A stretch of DNA of 52,688 nucleotides from Perkinsus olseni (Eukaryota). The stretch is taken from positions 124,001 to 176,688 of the forward strand of contig JABANN010000006.1 of assembly GCA_013115125.1 (NCBI GenBank), given 5' to 3'. The notes below the pieces were generated by a model. The model searched no databases and was not told where the DNA came from. It saw nothing but the letters and a program-made list of their open reading frames with translations. Made by a program: the position numbers and the translations under genes. Positions 23,120-36,545 of the stretch are shown one piece after another; position 1 is the first letter of the stretch; every line of letters begins with the position of its first letter.

Positions 23120-26100
23120 TGAGGACTGCCGCTGTCGGGACAGCTACTGCTATCATCGTTTACGGCGCTGCTGCCTCCTATCACTACTACAGTGGAGTCC
23201 TGCCCCAGCCCCACTGCATGAACCTGTACACACTATGAAGCGGAACCTGGAGGACGGCCACCACTTACCTTCAAATGTGACAACGAGTAGACCATCCGAG
23301 GTTGGGCCACCGAGGCCTTCAATCGGCTACTAATGGCGACGCCAGGTGGTCTTCTATTCTCCTTCGCGTCTTCCTCCTCCACCTCCTCCCCCTCCCATTC
23401 TCCGACCATCTCCTCGGCCATGACAGACCCTGGCCCGTAGTTGTCCGCTACGTGTATCAGCTTGCCGTCCCCACTATGACCCCAGGTATATAGGTGGCCT
23501 TCCGTGGTCACCAAGGCGCTGTGTCGAGCTCCACAAGCCACCACCACGGAGGCCTTGCCAGCGTCCAGAGACAAAAGCTTTGGCCGCTTCGTCGAGCTTC
23601 CCTCCGCTTTTCCGCCGCTCACACCGCACTGCCCAGCCCTGTTGTCACCAAAGGCCAGGATGCTGCCACCCTCGGTAACGACTAAGGCGTGGCCGTCCCC
23701 ACATGCCACCTGCCTCCCTTTGAAACCCTCCAGAGCCTCTATTTTCCGCACCGACCCCTCCTGGACCGCCACGGCTGACTTTGACGAGGGCAGCTCGCCG
23801 TAAGTGCTGTCGCCCCATCCATAGACGACGCCGGTTCGATCCACAGCAAGGCCGAAATGGCTGCCAGCTGCCACGCTAGAGATCTCGGTATCGCTCGGGA
23901 ACTCGCGCAAGAGCTTCGGCCTCGGTATGATGCGTCCAAGGGCCGATATACCCCAGTGGTACAAGGAGCAGCACCGGACAACACGCTCAACATCCACACT
24001 AATACCGTCAGTACTTTCCCCGGTGGCATGATCATCATGATGGCAGCTCGCCACGGACACAGGCAGGGCAATGACCTCTAGTCTGAGGACATCTCCCGTC
24101 GGGGTGTACCAAAGGCCTACGCCAGCCACCACAGACCACGGGGCAGCCGAGTTGAAGGCATCATTGCTGTAGGCTAGCAGTCGGCTGCCTCTGTGTAATT
24201 CCCATCTACCCTGCTCCACACTAGGGCGTAGAGTAGTGTTGGAGCGCCCAGTATGGGTATACACCACTAGACCTTCTGGTGGGGTCAGACCATCTGACCG
24301 GACATAGCGTCCATCGAAGCCATGGATCGCACTATCATCCCGACGCAGATAAACGGACTGGCCGCCCAAGGCCAGGCCAACGCCACCCAAGGCAGAACTC
24401 CGCAACGCGGTACCGCCCCTCATGCATAACCCAAGGGGGCTAGACAAAGGCGACTGGCTGACTACCAGAGAGACATCATCCTGCCCTGGTGCCGAGCCTG
24501 GAGCTGCCGTAGTGATAACCTACCAAGAACGATGCTGTACGATCCAAGGCGCGGGTAATACCCAGGCCTGGCCATCGTGTTGGTCGGCAAAGTAGAGGTA
24601 GGTTGGGGGGTCCACGAAGTGTAGTGTCCGGCGGAGGAGAACAGGGCGATGATTAAAGTATGCTCCGGTGGGGAAATACAAACCAGACATATCCGCCTCC
24701 CCTACTTGGCAAGAACCTGAAAGTAAGCGTCTCTCAGAGAAACTGCCTGCCGAAAGGAGCTCAGGGCCATTGCAAACCATAGCAGGTCGCGTGCGAGTTA
24801 ACAGCTGAGCCCCTTACAGCCCTCTGGGGTCAAGACTCAGCTGGCCGATATGTCAACTGCGCCCGAAGGCAGAGGAAGGACCGCCGCGAGTACTACCAAT
24901 GTCTAGTCCAACTTCCTCACGACACAGCAGTCGTCCGTGGCGCCTCAGACACACAGCAAGGGAAAGAACATCAGGCGTCACCGCTCCGCTCAACTCTGTC
25001 ACCAACCCACCCCACTTGAATTCCTCCCCGCTGCTCGTCCCAAGCCTACCGGCCTCCTCCTGATACAGACTGCCGACACTCGTAGCCCAACCAACCCAAC
25101 CCCCTAGGCATTACCTTGCGAGAAAGAAGGGCATAGCTGGTCCTCGCACAAGCCGCAATACAGTCCGCAGCATATGCTGCAGTCGTATCGAAGGCGTCAA
25201 GCCGACTAGGAGTGCTCACATGGCCGCCTCTCGTAACTGCAAAACAACGTCTTTCTGTGAGAACCAGAGCTGTTCACAGTGATGATGGTTCCCTCCAGAA
25301 GGCCGCCTAGCCCTACCTACCACATCTTGCCTTAATCGCAGCCCTATCTACCCCTAGGTAGTCAGCATGGCCCCATACAAATACCTTACGCGACGATGAG
25401 AACTGGCCACAGTCTACCACTGATTTCGTCTCCCACCTGACCGTCAAGATTGACACACAGACTGTGGAACGCCCCCGTTGCCAGACGTGAAGCCACAAGC
25501 TCCTCACTAGGCCCTATACAAACCGGCGTCACCTGCGAATACAAACTCATACTGAGGGGGCAGGGAACATCCCTACCTCTTGGACGACTTCTCTAAAATT
25601 ACCCACTCCGCACTGACCATACTCGTTCTTACCGAAGGCATACACCCCCCCTTGAGAACACCGCAACAGCGCGTGACCGGCTCCGACTGAAACCTGGCCA
25701 TCAGCTTCCCTCGGTTACAACAGCTTCCTCAGACAGCAGTTTTAGCTACTCCATAGGCCGTCGCCTCTCAAGCCCCTTCAATTCTACCTCGTCTATTCTT
25801 CGGTTCCCGAATACTCTCCCTTCCAGCACGACCGGCGCGCTCACCAGGGCGCTGTGTAGCTTCCCAGTCGACCTCTCGCCGACCTAGCACATGCACCATA
25901 CTCCGCTCAGTCGCAGACCATCAACTCACCCTGTGGTGGCCATCTCTAGAGAATGGCCGTTCCGAGTGGAGACCGGACGATGGGCCGCGAGGATGATACC
26001 TCCCATGATGTCCAGCAGCCCTGTCGCGTCCGGCATCAGTGTAGCCATCCTCCGTCAAGTCAGCGAACGGTGCCCCATAGACGAGTACTCTGGTACGCGT

Positions 26101-26230
26101 CTCCACCGGGGGCTGCAGTCGGAGGCCTTCACCTACAGAACCGCCAGCAGCCTCTAGCAGACCCCTGCGGCACTACCTTGGACGTCGAATGTAGCCGATA
26201 AAATTGTCGTCGAGTCACGAGCAAGGACAT
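23120..26230 (-). CDS. RCC1-repeat (beta-propeller) protein, multi-exon
   Basis: RCC1 blades: VSVGAGHALLRCSQGGVYAFGKNEYGQCG, VAAGSHFGLAVDRTGVVYGWGDSTYGEL, VACGDGHALVVTEGGSILAFGDNRAGQCG, VACGARHSALVTTEGHLYTWGHSGDGKL. Ends approximate. Confidence 0.85.
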
Positions 26231-26498
26231 CCTCCAGAGCAGGGTCCCTACTACTACCTCTACTGTTACCGAAGTATCTCATGCATCAAAGCAGTGAGCT
26301 ACTGCCACGCCCAAACCCTATACCAATATTCACTCACACTTAATCGAACCACAAACTACGAGTACGAATAGGAAACTTCGACAACATCATCGACGTCAGT
26401 AGGAGTCTAGAGGCTCAACGTAGACATAAATGGTATGGTGCTCAAATCTAATCCAGCTACAATAATGCTAGTTATCATCATCAATAATGGTGGCATCC

Positions 26499-27662
26499 TT
26501 AGAGGACTCTCTTGGCCGCCTTAGCCGCCTTCTGTCTTGCTCTGCGCTCCTTCTGACTCTGCTTGCCTCTCTTGGAAGAGTGACCAACAGTAGCCGTCGC
26601 TGACCTTTCGGGACTGCCCTCGGACTCGCCGCTGCCGTTCTTAGGATGATGATGCTTCTTTCCGGACTTGTTCTTGGCCTCCTTATCCTGGGCCCGCTGT
26701 TGGGTTTGGACTTGGTTGTAGAACAATTGTCGTATCTGCTGTTCAGCTTGCTTCCGCTGTATGTTCTGGACGAGGGCCTCCATCAACCTCTCGGTCTTCT
26801 CGGGCTCGCTGGTAGCAGTACTACCAGCCGCCCCAGTGGCGGGATGCTCTGCCTCAGCAGCAGTGGAAGGTACCTCCTCAGTCGCCGCCTCCACCTTGAC
26901 TTCAGTCTTCTCTACAATCGCCGGTTCAGGAGCGCTCTCGACATCTTCAGCGACTTCGGGCGACGCGGTGCTAACTGCTGCCGTCTGCTTTTCAGTGGTG
27001 GTGGTCACGGGTGCTTCCTCAACCTTGGGTACTTCCGCGTCGGTGGTAATGGTCACGGGTGCTTCCTCGACCTTGGATACCGCTGCGTCGGTGGTAATGG
27101 TCACGGGTGCCTCCTCGACCTCGGATACTGCCGCGTCGGTGGTAATGGTCACGGGTGCTTCCTCGACCTTGGATACCGCCGCGTCGGTGGTAATGGTCGC
27201 GGGTGCTTCCTCAAGCTTCACCGCTTCCACATGGGTTGTGACAGTCGCCGACTCAACGGTCTTCTCAGCAACTACAGGCTCATTAGTACCTTCCCGCTCC
27301 TCTTTAGTGACAACCTCCGGAACCACCGTCTCCTCAGCAATCGGAGCAGGCTTGGGCTCGGGTGTAGGTGCGGCAGTAGTAGTGGGGGTAGGAATTGGGC
27401 TGCTCTCAGCCTCCTGATTTTTCGACGGCACCGCGGCCACACTAGCAGCAGTGACTTCGGAGACAGCTTCCACAGGCTTCTTTGAGCTCATACCCTCAGG
27501 GGCCTCCTTCACAGGAGCGACCTCAGGGACACCAGCTGGCTTCACCGAGGCTGCAGTGGCAGCGGCCTGGGGAGCTGGGAACGTGGTAGGCTTAGTGCTT
27601 CGCGCTGGTGGCGGGGTCGGAGTCTTAGACGATCCGAAGCAGGAAGAACAGGAGTTTCCCAT
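26499..27662 (-). CDS. Intronless predicted N-myristoylated/palmitoylated, E/A/P/T/V-rich repeat protein with a basic C-terminus
   Basis: 387-aa ORF starting MGNSCSSCFGSS (Gly2 plus Cys5 and Cys8), internal 16-aa repeats and a K/R-rich tail. Confidence 0.85.
   Translation of the reverse strand: MGNSCSSCFGSSKTPTPPPARSTKPTTFPAPQAAATAASVKPAGVPEVAPVKEAPEGMSSKKPVEAVSEVTAASVAAVPSKNQEAESSPIPTPTTTAAPTPEPKPAPIAEETVVPEVVTKEEREGTNEPVVAEKTVESATVTTHVEAVKLEEAPATITTDAAVSKVEEAPVTITTDAAVSEVEEAPVTITTDAAVSKVEEAPVTITTDAEVPKVEEAPVTTTTEKQTAAVSTASPEVAEDVESAPEPAIVEKTEVKVEAATEEVPSTAAEAEHPATGAAGSTATSEPEKTERLMEALVQNIQRKQAEQQIRQLFYNQVQTQQRAQDKEAKNKSGKKHHHPKNGSGESEGSPERSATATVGHSSKRGKQSQKERRARQKAAKAAKRVL
26995..27220 (-). 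repeat. 48-bp coding minisatellite, about 4.7 copies (KVEEAPVTITTDAAVS)
   Basis: The unit containing gcgtcggtggtaatggtcacgggtgcttcctcgacc is repeated in tandem. Confidence 0.9.
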
Positions 27663-28192
27663 GGAAAAATATAGGGTAAATCAGGAGCCACAGCAGAAGG
27701 ACCTTAGAGAAAAGTCTAATGACAACCACAGCACAAGAAAAGTGCACGAAAATTGCATGAAAAGTGACGCCTTGCCAAGAAGGGGGTCCTTGTCACGACT
27801 GGGCTTCGACCTTAGATACGACGGTCCTATGACGACCTTCTCCAACTGGAGGACTCAACAGCATTGCTTAGAAAAGGACACAATACTCACGAGCCGATGG
27901 GCATCTAAGCTTTTGTTGAAGACTCGATAGCAGTAGTCGTGGTGGTGGTGGTGGTTATGATGATGATCGCCTAACGTCAATAATATGTACCAAATAGCGG
28001 CAACATACAGCATTAATTAGGGACGACAATAGTAACCAACGGTGATGATGATGATGACGACGAGAAGGATCTACGACGACCCTCCTTGTACACAGTCATA
28101 GGAGGAGAAGGACGGAGAAAAAGAATAGAGGATACAGTCTTGGGCGGGAGGAGAACAATAGACGTTGTAGGAGACTACTGCTGCTAAGTAGC

Positions 28193-30239
28193 CTAGTACT
28201 CGTCGACAGTACTCGCATCACTGACGCGAACGCTGCTTGGGGTATTATCCAAGAGGCACGATCGTTTAGCAGGAGGAACTGTCATCAAGGCCTGGACCTT
28301 AGCCGCAGGTGGCTTGATGTCATCAGTCGAGTAGGTCTTGCGCTTAGGCGAGGCTAGAGTCGGTTTAGCCACCCCTTGCTGCTGCGGCCTCGCACCGTGG
28401 CCTGAAGTTATCAAACACTATTGCCCATCCACAAAATAATTCCTCGGGGCGTTCCGAACAAGTCTTTAGAGGTGTTCTAATAGCTGCGTTCAATTCCCTA
28501 CACGCTCCAAGTGACATCAAATGCCTACGTTTGGACAGCGCTTTCTTGAACTCTTCGACAGCCTCGTCAAGCTCCTTCGACCCTTTGATCTCGCATCCAC
28601 CGCGCACGTACTCAGCCTGCTGAATACTCGTCAGGCTGCCCGGCCGCACAATACGTAGCCAGCCGTGCAAGGCTCCGTACTCTCCTTCGGGCCTGACCGA
28701 TGGTACAGCTGCAGAAGCAGCTAGGCGAGCAACTTCGCCTCTTACCAGTCAAGAGCGTGGACGATGGCATGGGCAATAAGGACAAGCGTCCGACCAAGGC
28801 CAGCATGGCAATGCAGAGCAATGGCCGCGTCAGGACGCTTCTTCAACACCTAAGCCCTCTGGCGTCTCGCAGCCAGCGGTTATGCTGACCTTTACCTCCG
28901 TCATCGCCTTATATGCAGTAGTGAGAATATCTGCGCTCGGTATGCCTCCGTCCCCCAAGGGAATGTCGGTATGCTCAATGGACTCAGGCAAGATAGCATC
29001 AGGGTCGTACCACCCTGACGGAACGCCAAACATCGTCTAGCTACAGGGCACCAGACCGACGCCATCACCCTGGGTCTCCCATGCTATTACGCGTCTCATC
29101 GTTCCTCTCGAGCATCTGATTGATCCTCAGTATGAGGCCAACCTTGAGCTCCTGCAGCTTCGCCACCAGACTAACATCACTCGACTCTTCCGCTCGTGGC
29201 AGCGTAGTAGGAGTAGTTGGCACTGCCAATCTGGGCTCTAGCATCACATCCGAGTCGACATCTGGGAAAAGAAAGGTACTACCTAAAAAATCCGCATCAA
29301 TTCAGCTTACCAGATCTACTAATTAGACTGGTCCTGCTGAATCCATCATCAATGGTGACAGGATCCGGCATCGCCAGGAAGAGTCCCGGTACCACCCAGG
29401 TCGCGCTGTACTTCAATCTCAATGACCGCCACTGCGCCACGTCTGGATACCACCCCATTCGTCGGGCAATGAGCAGCCCACGAGCGCAATCGATCGGCTT
29501 CAACGCCGCCGCTTTCGGAGTGGATACGTACACAAACGGATTGGGGAAATCGGCTATGCCAGCAGCAGAAAACTTCTCTCGGGTCTCCTCGCAGGAATAC
29601 CCTCTCCTCAAAACCAGATAGCACATGAGCATCGTAACAGCATTGGAAGCCGCCGCCACGAAAGGGGAGGAAATCATAACGAGAACCTTGCTAGCCTCGG
29701 CAGCCGACTCCAACTCCGATTCAATACTGTCACAAAACCGATACACCTGCAGCACGGAGGTATCCTCAAGTGCCAAGGCGACAAGCAACCCGCCTACCTG
29801 CCAAAAGCTCATCGGCCCGAAGTGCCTGTTGCTGGCGACACCCTGGTGGACGTAGATAGCACAGTTTAGCGCCGTATCGTTTTCCGCGCAATAGAGGAGC
29901 GTCTCACTACCGACGTTGGTCTCAATGAACTCCTTCGCATCCGCTGTCGGCTGGACCGACCCTGATAGACCACGCCCTCCTCGGACGACACATGTAAGGA
30001 GCCAACCTGGCGACTGATGTCTATGCATCTTCTTCACAGTTTTCGTGTACTCTCTATGGCAGTTAAGGCCGTCATCACAGGTTTTGCAGGTAGTAGGGAC
30101 GTTGCCGATCTGCCAACAGCAACTGACGGGCCACACAACCAGCCGGGGAATGACCTCCTACCCAACAGAACCTCTCCGGCACGATCCAAATGATTTGAGG
30201 TTTCTCATTCTCCGAGGCACTACTGGTCACTGAGCTCAT
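28193..30239 (-). CDS. CDC14: CDC14-family dual-specificity protein phosphatase, multi-exon
   Basis: N-terminal DSPn-like segments (IVPERF; HFGPMSFWQVYRFC; NAVTMLMCYLVL). Catalytic domain with LILRIN, DIPLGDGGIP, P-loop AIALHCHAGLGRT and WLRIVRPGS. Confidence 0.85.
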
Positions 30240-30790
30240 GATGTTGTATACAAACAGGAAGTGAGGGAGGAGGGGGAGGACGTGGAGCAATCACCAAGGT
30301 TGGTGCAAACAAACACTGTAGAGAGGGATCCCGCTCCTGTAGTTGACGATCAACAACAATGGACGATCCCTGCATGACCGACTTGACAGTGATTACAGAA
30401 AGTCTCCTCATCAGCATTCTTCCAAAAGACATCTGTCTTTGTCGCCAATGCTCGCTCCTGCATGCAGCCAGAGGGCTCCCTTCAACCTCCTATTAACAGT
30501 GTTAGAATAGAGCCGACGATCACTAAGATATACAGGTTACAAACACGGCATCGTGAATCGGTCGGTCGAGAATTAAGCACACAAGAAGCCCACAATAAGC
30601 ACAATTCGGAAACTGCGGAAACTTGGGAGCAGTGCGGGTGACGCTCCGTCGAAAGAGCGTCGGCCCACGCAATTGAACTATGATAGAATGAGGGTATCTA
30701 AGCTACAGATGCGGCGAAAGGAACAGTTTTGACTCAATCTAGATCAGCCACCTTGGTACCTGCCAATACCACAACTCGAGCTATTCATCA

Positions 30791-32900
30791 TTACACCCAT
30801 GTATTACCCTTGGCTCCTTCTAAAGACATCGCCGCGCTGGTACTCATCTTCAGAAGACCAACTCCTTTATCAGAGAACATACGGTCGTCGTCTATAGCGT
30901 CCAACAACTCCTCGAGGCTCAGACAGGCTACAGGGCGCTGCTGAAGGTCCGGTCGTGGGAATAGAACCTGTGCCAGAGCTCGTTACCCAACGCAGGCCGA
31001 TCACGCTAACAGCAGTGACTCATTAATCATACAGAACGCGCAAATCGAAATAGAATACCACAATCATTGCGCAGGGGGCATGATTTGTTTGCATGCCACA
31101 CAGCAGCGGAGCCTTCTAGCAAATTCCCTCTCGGCAATCCACTGCTAACCACAGAGCAGAAATCTCATCGCCACCTAAACCACTCGGACTGAGCCCGGTC
31201 CCGTCCCGAGGACCCACGAATGCTCCGAACGGCCCATCAAGGGACTCCCCAATACGGAAATCCTTCGACTTTGATCGCCTGTAGACGGTGATCGCCCTAG
31301 CAACCCTCATTATTACATATACAATATCACAGTTCTTGCACCTCTCAGACTGGATCAGCGGCGAGTCGGCAGCTGCTGCCATGTAACTGAACAGTATCGC
31401 CTTGCCACCAGAAGGGTGAAATACAGCGGGCAAGTCCTGCCATGTCATGCGAGTCATCCTCACGACAGTAAAGAGGACAAGCGACGAGGGCCGGCACGCG
31501 GGATCCACATCATTTGATTAATGGTGAGGTTGCCCTCCTTACACAAATTGCAGTTCCTTCCTCTTATCAAACTTTCCGTTATCAATAGCATCCGAGATGG
31601 GCTTCATTAGTTTCGCAGCGTTCTTCATGGCTGCGGAGGAGCAGAGTTCGTGTTTGACGGGAAGGGCAGCGGCCACTAGTACATTTAGTAATAACGACAA
31701 CTACTCCACTCTTGTCATCGCTAGCCTGCAACAGCCGCACCGTCAAGCCCTCTTCATTGGTGCCTGCAGAACACGCTCCAATATTCAGTCCACAGAGCAC
31801 AGCTACTCACCTTCAAGGCGGTCACTAAGGCCGTCGACGAGCTCTATTGGTGCCGATGCACCAAGCGCATCGATTCCCTCCGGTCCCGCCTTTATCATCT
31901 TGACGATCTCCAACTGCTGTGTGCGCTCCAACCGAGTCCGTTCCTTGGCAAAGGCCTTGTCCTCAGTCATGTACCTGATCGATTACACTCATACCATAAC
32001 TTTCGCAATCAGCACGATGACCCACGTGGCAACAGCACTGTGTAAAATAGCCTTGTTCACAACGATGTCGGCGTATCGTGCCACAACAGCAGCCTCGGCT
32101 GAGTCGTTAGCCACCTGTAGCGCCGCGCCGAGCTCAGCCTGGTCAGCCTGAAGGAACAGCACTTGACTTCCTCTATCTCGGCTTTCTATTACATCCACGG
32201 GATGAGGATGCTTCTGCCAGAACTCCTTGAGAGTCTTGCGGAATCGGGCGAGCTTCTCCGTATTCACTCCCTCGAGAATCTTCAGACACAAGTCCACCGT
32301 GAGAGCCTTTGGCATCTTGAACCCTGCAAAATTGAGCCAGACCCATAAATCGCGCTGAGAAGACCTACCCGTCGACTACTACCTGGAATGATAGGCATCT
32401 TGCCCTTAGTGGCCGAAGCGAACATCGCGTCCATCCCCTTCTCGAACTCTTGTATATGCTGATCGCTCTCGTAGCGCTTCTGAGCAGCCTCTACCTCTTC
32501 CGCAGTCACCCCGTACCTGTCAATGTCGACAACTTCGACGTCACCAGGAGGAAGTATCTTTGTTACTTCTCGAGAACTTGCTTCTGCGTATCCTCCAATT
32601 TCTGTTGGATGCCTTGCTGGAGGATCATCTCAGTGAGCTGCTCGTCAGTCATCTGGTTCGACAAGCCCTTCTGGGCCAAGGCGGTCCTCACACGCTCTGA
32701 AAAACGATACTCTACAGAAACCAGAGACAGGGTGCTGATATGCCCACGTGTCATCTGGGCCATCTCCATGAGGACACCATGCATGTTGACGAGGAGATCG
32801 TCAGTGATGAGCTTCAACTTTTCGAGGTCCAGGGCGGCCACCTTCTCTTCCTCACCTGATCAACGGTCACCAGCAATGCAAACCATAGAAATACGACTAA
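30791..32900 (-). CDS. Hypothetical helical protein, multi-exon
   Basis: Chain of exon-like ORFs (32563-32841, 32282-32509, 31989-32315 and downstream) separated by short GT-AG introns. Probable end ...EGAKGNTWV* at 30791. Start uncertain. Confidence 0.6.
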
Positions 32901-34064
32901 GCGACCAGTGGTTAGTCGAACATAAAAAAACATAGTCACTTAGCGAAAGCTCAGGTTGAAGGTTGTCGCCCCAGCTGTCAGTTCGATTCTGCCTCTCGAG
33001 CACAGGCTCAGACAGGGCGAGTGAATTTAATAACTACGCCCGCCTGCGCGATCGTTCTCCCTCGACCTACTCTTGCGCGCTCGTTGTCGTCGGTTATATA
33101 AATAGTAGCCAGCCCCCACTGCTAGTGTACAGGCACTCACCCCAGCGACGACCTGAGACAGGCGAACACGTGATCCCTCTTCCATCTCTACGGTCTTGCA
33201 CCCACCTTCGTGGTTTTAGACAAGCCGTGCGACTTGGGCATGGCAGTCGCGTCAAAAGCTTCTGAGAACATTATGATAAAGGAACTGGCAATACTACTGT
33301 AAGAATCATACGCGGCCGTTGGTGATGGAAAACGCAACAAACAGCGATGGGAAGCAGTGGAATCTGAGCGATCCTCTCTCACGAGCCTCTGAAGAAGCAG
33401 CGCTACCCACATCAAGCATCAGGGGCTGCATGCCCTTAGGCCCGGGGCGGCTGACCTCACGAACCCGACCTCACCATGGTAGCGAATCCAGTATGCAGAA
33501 CACGAAATCCGTTAGCACTGGTACCACTTATTTCCGAGTGAGTATGAGAAATAAAGTAGCTCCACGTGTTGATAAAAACAGCTGTCCACGGCAGCAACTA
33601 CGACCCAGTCCTGCCCATGGACCCTACCCAAGATCCAGAGGCCACAGTGTGGCCGCCACACGGAAGCGCAATCTTCTATTCCTTAGCCAAGCGGGCGGTA
33701 ACGGGGCAACTGGCCAACCTCTAGATGCGCCTAGCTGCGCAGCCTCCAGTTACCTTCCCTATCGGCAGAGAGCTCAAAACTCGAGCCTCTACGGGCAGAG
33801 ATGAGCAACCACACTGATGCTTAGATACGCAACTTTGGACTAGCGCGCGCCCAGATGATCGATAACACGACGACGCGGCGTTGGAATATCGCACAAACTT
33901 GAATCCTCCACGGCATATTATCTGTCATTAAAGTTCTTTCTCCTTCTATCTGAAATGCTCCTCTCGTCTGTATCGGCCTCCCGTGAGGTACCAGCCCTGG
34001 ACTCGGCCAGGAGCGTAGCGAGCCCACCCTTGTCGAAAAGAGGCGTGCTCGGGAAGGACGGGGT

Positions 34065-35167
34065 ATGTCTCCGCCGCTCCCCGGAGAGCTCCTACCACCT
34101 CCTCAGGTCGAGATGGCGTTGAAAGAATGGTCGGGCAAGTACCACCGACGCCAAGTCGAAATATCCGAGATCGCTGCTCATGTGGAGATGCTGAAGAAGC
34201 AGCGGGACACCCTTCAAAACGAGGTCAAGCAGCAAGAGAAGGACATAACGTCGTTGGAAGCAGAACTGGCCCAGCAGGTAAGGAAGGAAGTAACGCCATT
34301 GAAGCCAATGTACGTGTATCCGATTAGAGAGACGAGCAGCTGCCAGCCCTCAAGCTTCGATACGAGAACGCATCGAGACTCAAGCACAAGCTCAACCGTG
34401 CTATTGCGGAGCAGCGGGCAGCCAGCCGGGAGCTTGAAATTAGAAGGGCATCACTCACACGGGATATTGAGAGGAAGCGGAGTGAAGTCTCGTAGGCATA
34501 AGTTTGGGGAATAACATAGAAGGAGCTGCATTGCACTTCAGGAGTGCTCGGTCAAGGAAAGAATCCATATCGAGGAAGGTTCGGGAGCTCGATGAACGGA
34601 GAAAGCTCGCTGAGAAGCAGAAGGCTCACCGGGAGAGACAGTTAGGGAAGGGACTCGAGAAGTTGAGGAAATCTCAGACTGACATCCTCCTTGCGGAAAG
34701 AGAGATTCTCACGTTGAAAGAAGGTATACCACATTTTTCGCAACTTTGCCGCCAGAATCGCGAATCATCAGGTATCAATGTCTCTGTACGATCCATCCGA
34801 GGTGGCGGTTTATCACTTTCATCTCGTGGGGAGTCCTCTGCGGCAGCCTCTCATGCACGCCTAGGGACCATGTCTTCCTATAGGTAGGTCCTTATGACGG
34901 CTCGTTCCTTCAGAGATGGCAGGGGGCACCTTGGTTGCTCATCAGGTCCGATGACTCCCCGGTGTCAAACGCTCTCTCCTACACGGAGTCGGACACTGTA
35001 CACCCAGTAAGGTCTTGTTCCAGTTGAGAAGCGGTGATGGTCAGGTACAAGCTCCTAGGAGCGCCAGGTTGAAGAGGCCGCCGCCGGGGATAATGTCGTT
35101 GGTCAACGCTTCGGCTCCTGCACCTGCCAACACCCCAGTTGAAGTCATCGACAAGCCTTTAGAGTGA
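34065..35167 (+). CDS. Hypothetical coiled-coil protein, multi-exon
   Basis: MSPPLPGELL... followed by EISEIAAHVEMLKKQRDTLQNEVKQQEKDITSLEAELAQQ and further coiled-coil exons. 3' end approximate. Confidence 0.6.
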
Positions 35168-35391
35168 CGCATTTTACCAGCTTTAATGATGTCCATGATT
35201 TACCCTTTTGTCGTTAAAATGCATGCTTGAGTTTCAGTAGGGTGGTCCTGCGGGTGAGCGAGGGCCCAGAAAATGAGCTTTCTTGTGCTCGGGGTCGTAG
35301 GGAGCCGCCAATACTCTCGCAGAGGCTGTGAGGAGCTTAGCTTTGTCGAAAAGTGTGCCATCAGGGCAAGGAGGCCGTGGTATGCTAGTCC

Positions 35392-36545
35392 ATGGCGGAA
35401 CCGGCTGATGTTTACTCCGTTATACGCGGTTCAGAACTACCGTCCATACCGTCTCCAGTGAACTCTTTTGATCGGGCCCGAGCTGCTCACGCGTTGACCA
35501 GGCCTTCCTTCGAACGCCATGACCAGTACCCTAACGGAACCACTAAGAACACTGAAGAAACTGGCGAACGAATGTTCAGCAGAGATAAAGGACCTCGGTA
35601 GAATGAAAGCGCTGCTGTGGTCTATCGAGTGAGGTTGGTGGGAGCGTGAGGACCAGTCTGATAGGGGTGGTATGGCTCTGCAGTCGTACCGTGGAGGAAG
35701 GGGTAGTCATCCTTGTCCTTCTCTATCAGACTTGAATAGGAATATATACCAACCAGCAGCTAATAGGGTCTCTAGGCCTGTTGCTAGTCACCCGTCTCGA
35801 GTCGTTGTGGTGGCGTCGGTAATCGCAGGTGGATAAGAATCCGTCATGTTCTCTGTGCCCAGGTATCCGAAGTCCATGGTTGATCTGGGACCGGTACCGC
35901 GAGATTCCCTACAGATACCCGCCGTAGGTGCGCGCGAGATGGCGTCTTCGTCACTTGTCTTATCAACAGGGACCCCAAACCCGTCATGCCGCCCCCAACG
36001 AGATTGTCTCGAAAATCCCACGACCAGAGCCAACCGTGACACCAGCGGAATCCCATCAGTCAAGCTGGAACGGCGGTCAACGGGTGAAGAGTAGTGCGCT
36101 CTTCTCTGGGAACGATGAAGAGAAACGCGAGCCGCTGGGAAAAGACGTTGGTGGATCGACAATAAATCCTTCGGTGTTCACAAGGCTCGACGAAACTCCC
36201 GCAGAGAGTGGCGCTAGGGCGGTACTGGCTAAGTCAGGAGGGATACAACATGCCAAGGAGACTGCAAGCGGCGAATCGCCCGTCACCAGTCAGATGGCAA
36301 CTGGTGTGCTGAAGTCCTCAGCTGGACCCGTTGGTCACAGCACCACGACGAGTGCTGTTCTCAAGCGAGTAGTAGGAGCCGAGTCGTCTTCTGAGGATGA
36401 GGGAGAAACGACTCATGCCGCTACGAAGGGAATTCGTGGCCGATCTGCCAAGCCAAAGCCTGCTGGGCTCGAGAAGCTCCTTGGCAGTGTGGCTAACAGC
36501 AAACCCGTGGTGATCACTGAAGGGGATGATGAATTTGAGATATGA
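35392..36545 (+). CDS. Hypothetical low-complexity protein
   Basis: ORFs 35392-35601 and 35928-36545 (ends VITEGDDEFEI*) are likely exons of one gene. Confidence 0.45.

Noticed and set aside
26995-27220. Regularly spaced repeats as a CRISPR array
   Set aside because: Contiguous in-frame 48-bp coding units with no unique spacers, in a eukaryotic gene.
27930-28065. GTG/ATG/GAC trinucleotide runs
   Set aside because: Short imperfect microsatellites in the intergenic or 3' UTR region; unremarkable.
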